DNA from: an uncultured virus (IMG/VR IMGVR_UViG_3300020421_000004) | Taxonomy: Duplodnaviria; Heunggongvirae; Uroviricota; Caudoviricetes | DNA length: 64,000 nt | Strand: one strand, 5' to 3' | Virus record (IMG/VR): IMGVR_UViG_3300020421_000004 | Shown here: piece by piece, positions 10,292 to 20,316 of the stretch | How the letters are laid out: each line of letters starts with the position of its first letter | Position numbering within the stretch: the first letter of the stretch is position 1 | Translations under genes and position numbers: made by a program | The notes under the pieces: model-generated | Seen by the model: only the letters and a program-made list of their open reading frames with translations | What the model was told of the DNA's origin: nothing | The model's database searches: none

Positions 10292-10975
10292 TTATCCAAA
10301 CATCGAGTCTAGACCATCATTCTTGTCTGCAGGTTCAGTACTGTCGACAACAGGTTGTTCAAAATGGAGACCTATTTCTAGTTGTTCTCCGACTTTAAAT
10401 CCATGTCGTCTTACAGTTTCATAACCGATAGTGGCAACTTTTGGTGCCAATGTATGCAGTGCATCTTTTTGTTCAATACTATGCATTTTCATTTTATCAA
10501 ATATTTGCGGTAAAGTACGATGCAGTAAGTTTGGTAAGAACACTTCTTGGAAGTCTCCCAGTAAATCTGGTAGTGCTTCTTTGACTTGTTCTATTGCTGA
10601 TTCACGATCGACTTTGTCGTCTCTCATAACGACCTGGATTGCTACGTTTCCTATTGCTTTTTTAAGCAACGGGTCGTGCATTATAAAAGAATAAATATTG
10701 ACATCACCAAGGTCTATTTTTCCTTGCATTGGGTCAATATTGTTCTTTTCCATTTCGTTCATCATTGAATGAATAATGCCGTCTAGTCCTTCTGCAAGTT
10801 CTATTGGGGCATCTTCAAAGTCAGTTCTTTTAGACAGTATAGGCATTAAGCCCGTGTCTTCTTTCATTAGTTGGTAATAAAGGACAACTGAAAAATAGTC
10901 TGCGGGAGAAAACATCTCCTTAGTTTTTATCTTTTTTTCTAGTCCTTCTCTTACAAATCCTCTGCTGTTCGTCAT
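10292..10975 (-). CDS. hypothetical protein
   Basis: TACTAG-ATG start. Confidence 0.8.
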   Translation of the reverse strand: MTNSRGFVREGLEKKIKTKEMFSPADYFSVVLYYQLMKEDTGLMPILSKRTDFEDAPIELAEGLDGIIHSMMNEMEKNNIDPMQGKIDLGDVNIYSFIMHDPLLKKAIGNVAIQVVMRDDKVDRESAIEQVKEALPDLLGDFQEVFLPNLLHRTLPQIFDKMKMHSIEQKDALHTLAPKVATIGYETVRRHGFKVGEQLEIGLHFEQPVVDSTEPADKNDGLDSMFG

Positions 10976-11012
10976 CTAGTAAGACCACTAAGTGGTCAGT
11001 TAAAGGTTTGAT

Positions 11013-12779
11013 TCATTCGAGTTCTGTCAGTTCTGCAACTTCTACGTTGTCAGATTGATTACTCGAATCGTCAACAATATTTCTTCGGCGATTCTTATCG
11101 TTGGTCTTTCCAGACTTTCCGATAGAACTGTTGTTATTCGCTCTTCTCATGGATCCATTGTCAACAAAGGATCGCATGACTTCAATTTCGTCTTTCTTAG
11201 TTTTGCTAGTTGGAACCAGCGCCTCTAAGACGTAAACGAGATCTCTCATCTCAAGTGGACGGTCTTCGCTAAAAGACCTAGTCATTGCTTCTTCAATACC
11301 GTCTTCGATGTTACGACCTGAGAACTTGGCAGTTTTGCGAACTAGTTCTTTAATATCAAACTTGCTTGCATCTTGCTTTCTTAGTCCCAGGTGGATTTTA
11401 ATAATCTCTTCTCTTTCTTCAGGTTCTGGAAGGTCAATAAAGAATCTTCCTTCGAATCGGTCTATCAATTCTGGAGCGAACTTATTCATGTTATTTGCTG
11501 TAAAAACAAAGAACACTCCTGAGTCATCTTCCTGCATGAATGTAAGAAACTGTCCGAGAACGGCATCGTGTGCGCCGCCATCGTGGATTCCTTCTGACTT
11601 ACCAAGTAACTTCTCTGCCTCGTCAACGAAGACGATTAGCGGAGCCGCTGCTTTAGCAATCTCCAATAGTTTATGCACTTTTGCTTCGGACTCCCCAACT
11701 AGGGAGCCTTTCAGGTCAGTTGCATCTACCATTAGTATATTCATGTTCATTTCTTTGGCTGCTGCTTTTGCAATGGCTGTCTTTCCACAACCAGGCACAC
11801 CAGCCATCAAAAGTCCGCGAATGTTACGAATAAATCCGTAGTCTTTCGCAGAGTTTGTAAACCGCTTCGATATCAGTGTAACCCATTCTTTCAAAGGGGT
11901 CAATCCACCGATTTGTTCGAAGCCTGTTGTCGGGCGAACCAGGGTAAAACCCGCTCGCTCAACATTTTTTCTTTTTTCATCGAGGATGAAACTTACGTCC
12001 CATCTACCATTGTTGATTACACTCAAGGTGAGCACATCATCAATAGCGTTTCTTGTAAAACCCGCACAGGCATCTGTGAAGGTTTCGATATCTTTTTCAC
12101 TATAATTCCTAAAGGTTGCTATGGTTTGTGGCCTAAGCATCCCATCGGATTCATATGCAAATTGGTGGCGAATACTTTCAACCAAGTCAAGCCTAGTAGC
12201 CTTATCCGGTAAAGGATAATTTATTAGTCTTACAAATTGGTCTAGTTCCTTAGGAACGTTTTCGCTTGTCCATCTTGAAGGGTTGAGCATGACAACATTT
12301 TTGTTGGCACCTCGTAATATTGTTTCAAACAAGTTTAGTTGTCGATCTATATGTTCTGTATTAGAGTCGATAAAGTTGTGCCAGTCTCTGAGGACGAAGA
12401 TTGCTCTTCTTCCTTCATTATGGCCATCATAATCTGTCATGTATTGAACTGCAAACGGTACTTGACAGCCAGGGAAGTCTTCATCACTGGCTTCAATAAC
12501 ACCGGTTGGTCTAACTGCAATATCATCGACTGCAAAGCCGGATACATTTGTTAGTATTTCGTGTTCTTCATTTTGATCATCTTTAGCATATCCAGCGTAC
12601 TCTTCAAAGCCACGGGATACTCTCCACACCAATATTCTTGGTGTTTCAGTAAACTGCTCGCAAGCAGATTTGACTATTTCGTCAATTATGCATTGCGTCT
12701 CTGGCGACGATATCGCCAAGCAGGGTATAGATGCGTTCACTATCATTCTTAATTCATTTTTTGTATGGTTTTCATTCAT
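11013..12779 (-). CDS. Ycf46-like AAA+ ATPase
   Basis: Walker A GVPGCGKT, Walker B VFVDEAEK, FTAN, DRF; degenerate N-terminal AAA domain (FVLRDWH). Confidence 0.9.
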   Translation of the reverse strand: MNENHTKNELRMIVNASIPCLAISSPETQCIIDEIVKSACEQFTETPRILVWRVSRGFEEYAGYAKDDQNEEHEILTNVSGFAVDDIAVRPTGVIEASDEDFPGCQVPFAVQYMTDYDGHNEGRRAIFVLRDWHNFIDSNTEHIDRQLNLFETILRGANKNVVMLNPSRWTSENVPKELDQFVRLINYPLPDKATRLDLVESIRHQFAYESDGMLRPQTIATFRNYSEKDIETFTDACAGFTRNAIDDVLTLSVINNGRWDVSFILDEKRKNVERAGFTLVRPTTGFEQIGGLTPLKEWVTLISKRFTNSAKDYGFIRNIRGLLMAGVPGCGKTAIAKAAAKEMNMNILMVDATDLKGSLVGESEAKVHKLLEIAKAAAPLIVFVDEAEKLLGKSEGIHDGGAHDAVLGQFLTFMQEDDSGVFFVFTANNMNKFAPELIDRFEGRFFIDLPEPEEREEIIKIHLGLRKQDASKFDIKELVRKTAKFSGRNIEDGIEEAMTRSFSEDRPLEMRDLVYVLEALVPTSKTKKDEIEVMRSFVDNGSMRRANNNSSIGKSGKTNDKNRRRNIVDDSSNQSDNVEVAELTELE

Positions 12780-12795
12780 ATTTTTGAACTCCTTC

Positions 12796-14964
12796 TGGTG
12801 ATAGATTTATGGGAAGCGGGAATTTTGGTAGCATTCTTCCCTACATATAGTCGGGTTGCATATTACCAATCGCCAGTGATAAAGTTAAAACAGTGATTCC
12901 ATAAGTTGTTTTCTGTTTTGTTTACATAATTTTAGCCGGCTGCTTAATTTAAAGCAGCAACCCAGACACCCTAAGTGTCTAGAATAGAGAATTGGTCAGC
13001 GTGCTAAACGCACCTTTCCCGTATTCTCCCTTGGGCCAGACGCCGCGACTTGCCAGGTCCCCAGTGTGGGAACTTAGTATGGCGGCTTGAAAATCTTTTA
13101 CAGCCAAATTGGCCATTGCTTTACCACGGCTCTTCCAGGTACTGGACGAACCATTTGTGTGGTATGAAGCACCATTAGTCGTAGAGCCAGAAAAGAACTA
13201 CCTACATTTTCAATGTAAATTCCTTTCTGGCTAGCGTTGTTTAGAAATGTCACATGCTGTTTAAACGCAACCAGTACACAACACCCTTGGGCGCGGCTAA
13301 CTTGGTTTGTGTTCACATGTTTGTAAAGTTCTTTTTGGGCAGTTCTAGTGAACTGTTTGCGCTGCAGGCGCTGCTGGACATGGTCCGTGCACTGAGCGTT
13401 AAGAATTCAGAGGAATTATATCCACTGATTATGGGTATTCAGTATCCTGTTTTCTAAGAAGTGGTCAGTTATCGGACTAGTTGTCGGACAACACCACGAA
13501 CTTATTCATGACCCGGGCGCGCCACTTCTCATTCTAGAGTGGTTTGCTGAGGTAGGAACTTCTTTCCATATGATTTTACATTCTTTTTCTAACGTGTCTA
13601 CTATCAGGTCAGTTGGCCAGGTTCGTAGAAGTTAGACTAATGTTTTGATGTTCTTGTTGTAAACTTATTTATCGTTTAATTCACACTTAAATTTTCGTTG
13701 TCCCAATCCACCTGGCACTTGTACATTGTACTTGTGTCATAGTCGACGGGTTTACTTCATTGTCTTGAGAATTCTTTCGAATACTCTCTGTGCAGGAGTC
13801 GTAGTTAACGTTCTTTTCTATGGTACATGTTATGTCCATAAATCGATTTTCGTTTCCACTCGTGCGCATGTATTACGCGTGTAGAGTCTTGTCCATAATC
13901 CTTCTGAAAAGGTTTTATAGGCATATTTTGTATCAATAATCATCCCGTCTCTGCCATGCATTGCAATGGCTTCGTCCGGGAGTCGTCTTCGTAGTCACCA
14001 GGGTGGGACCACAGATGTTAATCATTGATTGTAAACTATTTTATGAGTTATTCGCCAACTGTTTAGTGGCGCACGGATGTGCACTTTATCGCGAGTGAGC
14101 ACCAGGTGCTCCTTCTGGGTTACACATGTATTCCATGTTAATTCTCTGTAAACTTTTTTTGGTCGTTTAAACCGAGGTAATCACAGTACTCTCTATGGAC
14201 CAGACGGGCCATGGAGTAGAGTGGCGGTAGAATCTTTGTGCTAATAAAAGTCACATTCTACTGTAAATCATTTTCTATCGTGTTCGTATTCGGTTTTCCA
14301 CACTCCAGAGGTACCTGGTGTGAGACCGCGGTCCATTACCACGTGTCTTCAGGAGGAGAAAGAACGGTCCGCCGCTCTTTACTCACCGAGAACTTCCATG
14401 CTGCTTGGGCTCCTAAAGAAATTTCCAATTTCCTTAAGGTTTGCAAACAGAACTGCTTAGTGACCAACACCAGTGTTATAGTAACCAGGTGCTTATTCAA
14501 TTAAGCCTTGTAGAAAATGCCTTTCGTTTACATCACAGTTTACTCATTGCCTAACTTTTCTGGCAGCGATGTTGCTGCTGGAGTCAGGTCGAAGACACAG
14601 TCTTCTTTAGCCGAAGACCTAATTGTCTCCGCTTGAAGACACTATGTCTTCTTCAGAGTGTTCTACAAAAGCATAGCATGCGTTTAGTGACATTATCTCC
14701 CCTGATGTTACCATAGGAGGGATCGAAACTAATCGCGGTAGTCGTTAGACTGTTAGCGTGCTTTCTTGCGTGTTTGACAATTCGATAGGTGTTTTGACTT
14801 CTCCAATCTATGGAGAAGTGCTTTACTTAAATCGTATTGTGTGTGTTTTACGTGTATAATTAGTTTTGGGGACCCGTTAGGGTCATCCCTCCTATGGTAA
14901 CATAACGTCATTGGTTATTTACCTCAGTATTATTATCACTAATCTTCGTAATCCATAATCTATC
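12796..14964 (-). ncRNA. putative ~2.17-kb structured RNA with K-turn, paired termini and ACCA tail
   Basis: GAUAGAUUAUGG pairs with CCAUAAAUCUAUC+ACCA; K-turn 14902-14933; 19-bp perfect stem (~14707-14725 with 14885-14903); dense hairpins; no credible ORF. Confidence 0.65.
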
Positions 14965-15164
14965 TGTTGGGCGACATAAGTTTTGCAATTGCTTATGCCG
15001 CACCGTTGGTGCAAGTGTATGCCTTTACATCAAGTCGAGGATAGCCAGCCAAAGCAGAGTTGTGAGGCTCTGCTTATTCTGCTCCAAATTCCCGACAAAT
15101 TTATCCTTCGGGCAACTGATCAAGTTACTTTTACTTGGTGTAAAAGTTTGTGTTATACTCTTGC
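14965..15164 (-). ncRNA. putative 200-nt structured RNA
   Basis: Bounded by ACUA|G and AACA|G; several hairpins; no minus-strand ORF. Confidence 0.45.
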
Positions 15165-15207
15165 TAGTAAGGGTGATACGGTTAGTATCCCCAATTGGAT
15201 GTGCGTC

Positions 15208-15420
15208 TCAACCTCTGTGGATTGATTCGCCGCCGGTAGCACCGTCACCTTCGTACTTGATGTGAGTTTGGGTAACCTTTGCATCAGTCATTCCCAAAGC
15301 CCCTTTCAAGAACTTGGTTAGGTCTAAACATTGTTGGTCTGGAAGACCATCAATCTTTACCGTCATTTCCCCTGTGTCGGGGTCATAGTAAATATCTACT
15401 TGCTGACTCATCAGACCCAA
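15208..15420 (-). CDS. DUF2997-like protein
   Basis: DPDTGEMTVKIDG...QCLDLTKFL..ALG; usual partner of DUF1257/Ycf46. Confidence 0.75.
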   Translation of the reverse strand: MGLMSQQVDIYYDPDTGEMTVKIDGLPDQQCLDLTKFLKGALGMTDAKVTQTHIKYEGDGATGGESIHRG

Positions 15421-15875
15421 CCCCCTGAGGTGTTGTTCTTTTTATTGCCAGAAGTAAATCCGCCTGTTAAGCGGATATGCTTTACTTTCTTTTCTTTGCC
15501 ATCCTTCATAATCACAGCGTCTTTTACGTCGCCGTTCATTTTCATGCCTGCCAACTGTGGGTTGCCTTTGAGTGCTTTCTTAACAACACTCTTGACATAT
15601 GATGTATAGACAGGATTCATGATCGTTTGGATCTTCTTGGCATCGCCATAGCCGGGGTTGTATTGCTTTACAGCATACGTTCCGTCTTGCTTTGCTTTCA
15701 GACCAATATCATGTTTACCTGATTGACGAATAACGTAATCGCATCTTTCGCGGATTCCATTACATATTTCGTTCTTCAGTATCGTCGCATTAGGCATAGC
15801 CTCTTGTAACGCTTCTTCTATACAATCATTGTTTTCTACAGTCAGGCTGGTTTTGCCTTCCATTTTGTGTGACAT
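15411..15875 (-). CDS. DUF1257 (Ycf35-like) protein
   Basis: MSH...EAL...DYVIR...DIGL...DGTY. Confidence 0.75.
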   Translation of the reverse strand: MSHKMEGKTSLTVENNDCIEEALQEAMPNATILKNEICNGIRERCDYVIRQSGKHDIGLKAKQDGTYAVKQYNPGYGDAKKIQTIMNPVYTSYVKSVVKKALKGNPQLAGMKMNGDVKDAVIMKDGKEKKVKHIRLTGGFTSGNKKNNTSGGWV

Positions 15876-16055
15876 ATTTTTTCTTTCTCCTTACCCTTTT
15901 CGGGTCTAATAACCAAAAAAAAAATGCCCCCAACACTCACGATTCGATAATCGTAAACATTGGGAGCCTGTTTTAAACTTGGTGTTTAATTCTAGTAAAC
16001 GTAGGTTGCGGGCAGAATATTATATTCCATCCGCAACTTTACGTTATTTGTGATA

Positions 16056-17003
16056 TCATTCTTCGCTGTCATTATGCATAGAATAAAATGCAGCCATAAA
16101 TTCGGGATTCGAATCACCCAAAGTTACTGGGCGTTCTTTCTCAACTTTGGCTTGTTGCTTCTTGTATTTGCCAAGTGCTTTCCATATTCTGGAACTCATT
16201 CTTAGCCATAGGAAATTGTAGCGATTATCTCGCCTTCCTCTCAAGTGTCTTATGATACGGTGTTGAAACTTTGGTAGACGCATAAATTGCGTTCGTGCAG
16301 GTTGGTCACCTTTATCACGATTACCAATGTGGTATTTTGTTCTTCCACTTGCGTCTGGCTTTACAGCCATTCGCTCTACCTCAAAGGCTACTTTAATTAC
16401 AGTAGCATCTTTGTGGTTGTTTTTCATTTCACCTTTGTAACTTAAAACTTCGAGTTTAGCAGGGACGTGGGTTTGAAACCAGTCTTCTGCGTCTTCCTTA
16501 GTTCTGTCAGCAGGTTTTGGATAACTGGAAACTTTCTTTCCTGTCATCGCTTTCTTCCCTGTTGTAAGGAAGCCTGTAATACAATCTGCTTTCCATTCAG
16601 TGTCTTCAACCCACTTAGCCTCGCTAAATGGATATGTTTTATTGAATACGATATCGCAGTCTTCTTGGTCGATGTATCCTTCGGTCATTAGTATGGCCAT
16701 AACATCGATTACAAGATTTGGGTTTGCTTTATACCAGTTGCTTTGGAAACAATCTACTAGAAAGTTTCCCGACAACTTGTGCGGCATAGAAGCAAGAGTT
16801 CTAGCAAGTTCATTACAATTTGGTTTCTCTTGGAGTAATATCCAATAAGAATTCTTAGGGTCTTCACCTATTAGTTCGAACTTCAAGGCTTTGCCTTTAA
16901 CGTTCTTTCTTCTAGGTAATTTACCTCTCTTTGTAATTGTAACTGGACCTATTCTTCTAGATCCATCATTGCTTTTGTTTTTATTATAGTCTTTATCAGT
17001 CAT
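16056..17003 (-). CDS. basic hypothetical protein
   Basis: ORF after hairpin + TACTAG. Confidence 0.8.
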   Translation of the reverse strand: MTDKDYNKNKSNDGSRRIGPVTITKRGKLPRRKNVKGKALKFELIGEDPKNSYWILLQEKPNCNELARTLASMPHKLSGNFLVDCFQSNWYKANPNLVIDVMAILMTEGYIDQEDCDIVFNKTYPFSEAKWVEDTEWKADCITGFLTTGKKAMTGKKVSSYPKPADRTKEDAEDWFQTHVPAKLEVLSYKGEMKNNHKDATVIKVAFEVERMAVKPDASGRTKYHIGNRDKGDQPARTQFMRLPKFQHRIIRHLRGRRDNRYNFLWLRMSSRIWKALGKYKKQQAKVEKERPVTLGDSNPEFMAAFYSMHNDSEE

Positions 17004-17411
17004 AATAGTCTCTCTCTAGTAATCCCCTATAGGGATAAAGTATGTATTAGTAATATATTATACTAATAGCCTTTATATTTATCATTATTCTTTGTATTCA
17101 TAAGTGTTCATTCTAATGCCGCCTGCAAATGTTACAGGTTCATTATTGTACAATTCTTTCATTGCGTGTACACTTTGTGCCATACTTGTTCTTAATGGTA
17201 TTGCCATCTATTAACTAGGATTGCAATTTACCTAGTTCACTTATACCTCTCTTGGTCACTATTTCAAGTCTCTAGAGGAAGATTTTCCACAGCCGTAAAT
17301 GCTTCACGACAAGTATGCTTACGTCAAGACAGTAAACAGGGACTGGGCGCTTATTTTGCGCGGTCTATCTAAAAAAAATGACATTGATTATTTTACTAAT
17401 CAATGCCGTTC

Positions 17412-17540
17412 TATCTGATAAGATTGGTAGTCTTATCTCAATGAATCCTTCACTGAATAAATTCAGTTCGAGACCCAAAGCGTTTATCCGGAAAGATATC
17501 CGGATAAATCGTCTTCCCAATAAAGGAAAGATAATCTATC
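17412..17540 (-). ncRNA. duplicated ~125-nt structured RNA, copy 1
   Basis: Near-identical to 21471-21595; paired ends; UUUAUCCGGA/UCCGGAUAAA hairpin. Confidence 0.65.
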
Positions 17541-17641
17541 TGATGTAAGTGCTCTGGGGTTATCGTTATCAGGTTGTACAGTCCTTTCCTTTCCCCCCGC
17601 GAAGAGAACCTGGCCCCACATAGTGGTAGCGAGGTTACCTC

Positions 17642-17678
17642 CCTTACATTATTATAACGTTTCATTTTATACCGGTAT
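17642..17678 (-). promoter_or_regulatory. conserved promoter-like element, copy 1
   Basis: ATACCGGTAT-N8-ACGTTATAATAATGTAAGG; extra palindrome at 17696-17705. Confidence 0.75.
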
Positions 17679-17731
17679 ATGGCATTATGCTTTCAATACC
17701 GGTATAACTCTGTCTAGTAGTGGGATATCGC

Positions 17732-17950
17732 TTATCTTATAAGAAAGCGTAGTTCTTTTTGGACATCTAATGATTGGCTTGCGTCCACTGTAAATATGGT
17801 ATCACCTTGTAGGAAGATTTGCAATCTTTCTATCTTCGGATTCGTGGTATCTCGTACCATCTGCCATGCAGTGACGGCTGATATTACAATATCAGTCATT
17901 CCATCAGTTGTCTTTATATCCCTTAATGTTTTATCGTATTTAAACGTCAT
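17732..17950 (-). CDS. hypothetical protein
   Basis: Hairpin + TATTAG-ATG. Confidence 0.7.
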   Translation of the reverse strand: MTFKYDKTLRDIKTTDGMTDIVISAVTAWQMVRDTTNPKIERLQIFLQGDTIFTVDASQSLDVQKELRFLIR

Positions 17951-17995
17951 CTAATAACGGCTCACTTAGAGATGTCCCTAAGCAGCGTTATGGTT

Positions 17996-18214
17996 TCAGC
18001 GCATCCTTCCGTTGCTAGCATGTTTCCTTCCGTGTCTACTGGAAGTACTGTTATTTCTAGCAATGTTCTTGCGGTGTTCTTGTAGCCGACTCATGTCTTC
18101 ATAGCGGGACATTTTAACATCCCACCATGAATTATTCTGGAGACATACTGGTCTCTCAGGTTGTTCAGTTCGTGCGTCTACTTCCTTTCGGTATTCTTCA
18201 ATATCCCGGGGCAT
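17996..18214 (-). CDS. hypothetical protein
   Basis: TACTAG-ATG. Confidence 0.65.
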   Translation of the reverse strand: MPRDIEEYRKEVDARTEQPERPVCLQNNSWWDVKMSRYEDMSRLQEHRKNIARNNSTSSRHGRKHASNGRMR

Positions 18215-18231
18215 CTAGTAAAAGAAAGATT

Positions 18232-18588
18232 TCACTCTTCCTCTGTTTTTGTAAATAGTGAACTTAATGCAGCCAATGCCCAAGATGGGGCATCTTCTGC
18301 GGTTGCACTTTCCAAAGTCACCGGTGTCGGTGGCTTGTATTCTTCCTCAACGTATAGTATAGTATTGTATTTGTTGCGGTGATTAGCAACGCATATTTCG
18401 TACTTGCCAATTTTAATATCAGCAAACTTGTCGTCGGTAGGAAGTTGATCTTTGTAGTGTTCTTCTATAAAGTTCAACAAGCGGTCCTCGGCTTCGTTTT
18501 GAGCCTTTTTTGCTTGCTTTTCTTTGTCAGTCCAATACACTATATCATTGCATACTTTCTTAATTGATTCTTCAATTTCTTGATCCAT
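18232..18588 (-). CDS. hypothetical protein
   Basis: Hairpin + CATTAG-ATG. Confidence 0.75.
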   Translation of the reverse strand: MDQEIEESIKKVCNDIVYWTDKEKQAKKAQNEAEDRLLNFIEEHYKDQLPTDDKFADIKIGKYEICVANHRNKYNTILYVEEEYKPPTPVTLESATAEDAPSWALAALSSLFTKTEEE

Positions 18589-18639
18589 CTAATGAGCGCA
18601 CCTAGAGTATACCCTAAGCCGCATCATAACTTTTTGGTG

Positions 18640-19359
18640 TTATGCACACATAGCCTTGTCACTCCACCATTCTCGTGAAGTGCGAAGAGCCGTTGTGAAC
18701 TCTTCAGGCGACATATTAGTGTCTGTGCCTCCATCATCGCCAAAATAATTGGCACATAATGTCTCAGGATGTATAGGCATCTCGCCTACCACTGGACTAG
18801 CATTAATACTAATGATTTCCCAATCAGCGTGAACGTCAGGGGTGTTGTCATTAGACTCTGCTAGTACATCCTTTCGGTATAGTACAATGTCTGTTTGTCG
18901 TGCAGGAACTTTCTGGGCTCCTTTTGCACCAATTTGCTTTCTTGGCAATTCGCCTTTCCTTCGTGATTTAAATGAACCCGAGAGTTCATCATCTTCTTTC
19001 AGTTGGGCGACGCCGGAGTAAAATCCCTCACTTGGAACACGGACGGTTATTACGCCGTCACGATATCCTGGGGTTTGTTCTTCCCAATGGGTTTCAACCA
19101 AACGCACCACCTCCGGAAGTTGTCCAGCATAGTAACTGAACGGGCTTTCTTTGGTTTGGCGTAGGACGAATCCATTGGCAATAATTTTCACATTATTCAT
19201 TTTATCTCTCCTAGTATCGTCCTCCGTTTCTGGAGGCGCGTTCAGTAATAGATCTAATTCTATTCTGTTATTGCATTTCTTACAAATGCGTGTGTTATCT
19301 TTGTTAGACCATATGATTCCTCTTCGGGAACATAGGTCGCAAGTGTCAACGACTTTCAT
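18640..19359 (-). CDS. DUF3228-like protein with in-frame N-terminal zinc finger (second start at 19200)
   Basis: SRRKGELP, DIVLY, DWEIISINA, PIHPETL..N..GG, EWW motifs. Confidence 0.7.
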   Translation of the reverse strand: MKVVDTCDLCSRRGIIWSNKDNTRICKKCNNRIELDLLLNAPPETEDDTRRDKMNNVKIIANGFVLRQTKESPFSYYAGQLPEVVRLVETHWEEQTPGYRDGVITVRVPSEGFYSGVAQLKEDDELSGSFKSRRKGELPRKQIGAKGAQKVPARQTDIVLYRKDVLAESNDNTPDVHADWEIISINASPVVGEMPIHPETLCANYFGDDGGTDTNMSPEEFTTALRTSREWWSDKAMCA

Positions 19360-19418
19360 CTAATACCGCACCGGAACGTGTCCCGGTGGGTTTTAAGTCT
19401 GCAAGTTATCGTGTTCTG

Positions 19419-20180
19419 TTACCAACAATTACTGAGTTTGTTCATTATATCATTGTAATCAAAACTATACGATGCTCTTGCGGTAGTCCATCCTTCACCA
19501 TTTACTAATCCGATGGGTGCCATTCTTGTCGCCTCAGAGACGTCCGTATCGCAACCACTATTATCGGGTCCGAAAGGTTCGTCGCTGACGTATATGCTTA
19601 CGGTTCTATGATCGACAACACTGTCGTTCATTCCCAACATATAATAGCAGCCATTAGTGACTCTACATTCCGGCACGCTTGCACTGGTGTGGAAAACCCA
19701 TAGTGAGTCTTCGTTCCAGACTTCGTTCATGCGGAACGAGAATGTCATTGCTGCTGACATCATTAATTGTTCATCAGTATAGTTTGGTGGTGGTGTCCAT
19801 AGCCCATAACTTCGGGTCCGAGTGCTTGCTTCGACGAATCTGTCGTCTGCTGCATAGCCTTCATGTTCCTTCCATTCTTGGGGGCTAACTAAGGTTTTAT
19901 CCACAGTCGTTCCATTTGGTAAGTTTATTCTAACATCCAAAAGGAGACAAGTGTCTATTATACCATAGTCATTTGTTGTGTTATTAGAAAGATAGCAACT
20001 TACGTCGTATTTGAAATACAGCATATTGCCGTCTTCTTCTACTTCGTTTTCTGCACCTGTATTTGTTACGTATCCTATTGGCAGCAACATCATTAAGATA
20101 ATTGCCGATATAAAATATGCATTAAAATATCTGTGTCCTGTTACTTTCTTTCTTATTGTATTAATTTTTTCAAAAATCAT
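19419..20180 (-). CDS. membrane-anchored hypothetical protein (start moved out of the tRNA)
   Basis: N-terminal hydrophobic helix; TAATAG-AT-ATG at 20180. Confidence 0.75.
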   Translation of the reverse strand: MIFEKINTIRKKVTGHRYFNAYFISAIILMMLLPIGYVTNTGAENEVEEDGNMLYFKYDVSCYLSNNTTNDYGIIDTCLLLDVRINLPNGTTVDKTLVSPQEWKEHEGYAADDRFVEASTRTRSYGLWTPPPNYTDEQLMMSAAMTFSFRMNEVWNEDSLWVFHTSASVPECRVTNGCYYMLGMNDSVVDHRTVSIYVSDEPFGPDNSGCDTDVSEATRMAPIGLVNGEGWTTARASYSFDYNDIMNKLSNCW

Positions 20181-20192
20181 ATCTATTAATGG

Positions 20193-20269
20193 TGGCGGGC
20201 CTAGCAGGGTTCGAACCTGCGACATTCCGGTTAAGAGCCGGACGCTCTACCTGACTAAGCCATAGGCCC
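20193..20269 (-). tRNA. tRNA-Lys(CUU) with encoded CCA
   Basis: Acceptor GGGCCUA/UAGGCCC, anticodon arm UCCGG-CUCUUAA-CCGGA, T-loop GGUUCGAAC, G-CCA end. Confidence 0.97.
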
Positions 20270-20316
20270 ATTCCATCTATTATGCGCCCCGTAGGACGAC
20301 TTTTGGTTTTTCCTAT

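Noticed and set aside
7379..14933. K-turn motifs read as hammerhead ribozymes, box C/D guide RNAs or a TIGR array
   Set aside because: No CUGAUGA/GAAA core, no terminal C/D pair, no periodic spacers and no Nop-domain gene seen
12796..14964. Group I/II intron or rRNA
   Set aside because: No GUGCG start, domain V, P/Q/R/S elements or rRNA signature recognised by eye; it does not interrupt a CDS
20181..20225. ORF-track start of the 19419 gene
   Set aside because: It lies inside tRNA-Lys; the ATG at 20180 has the standard junction motif
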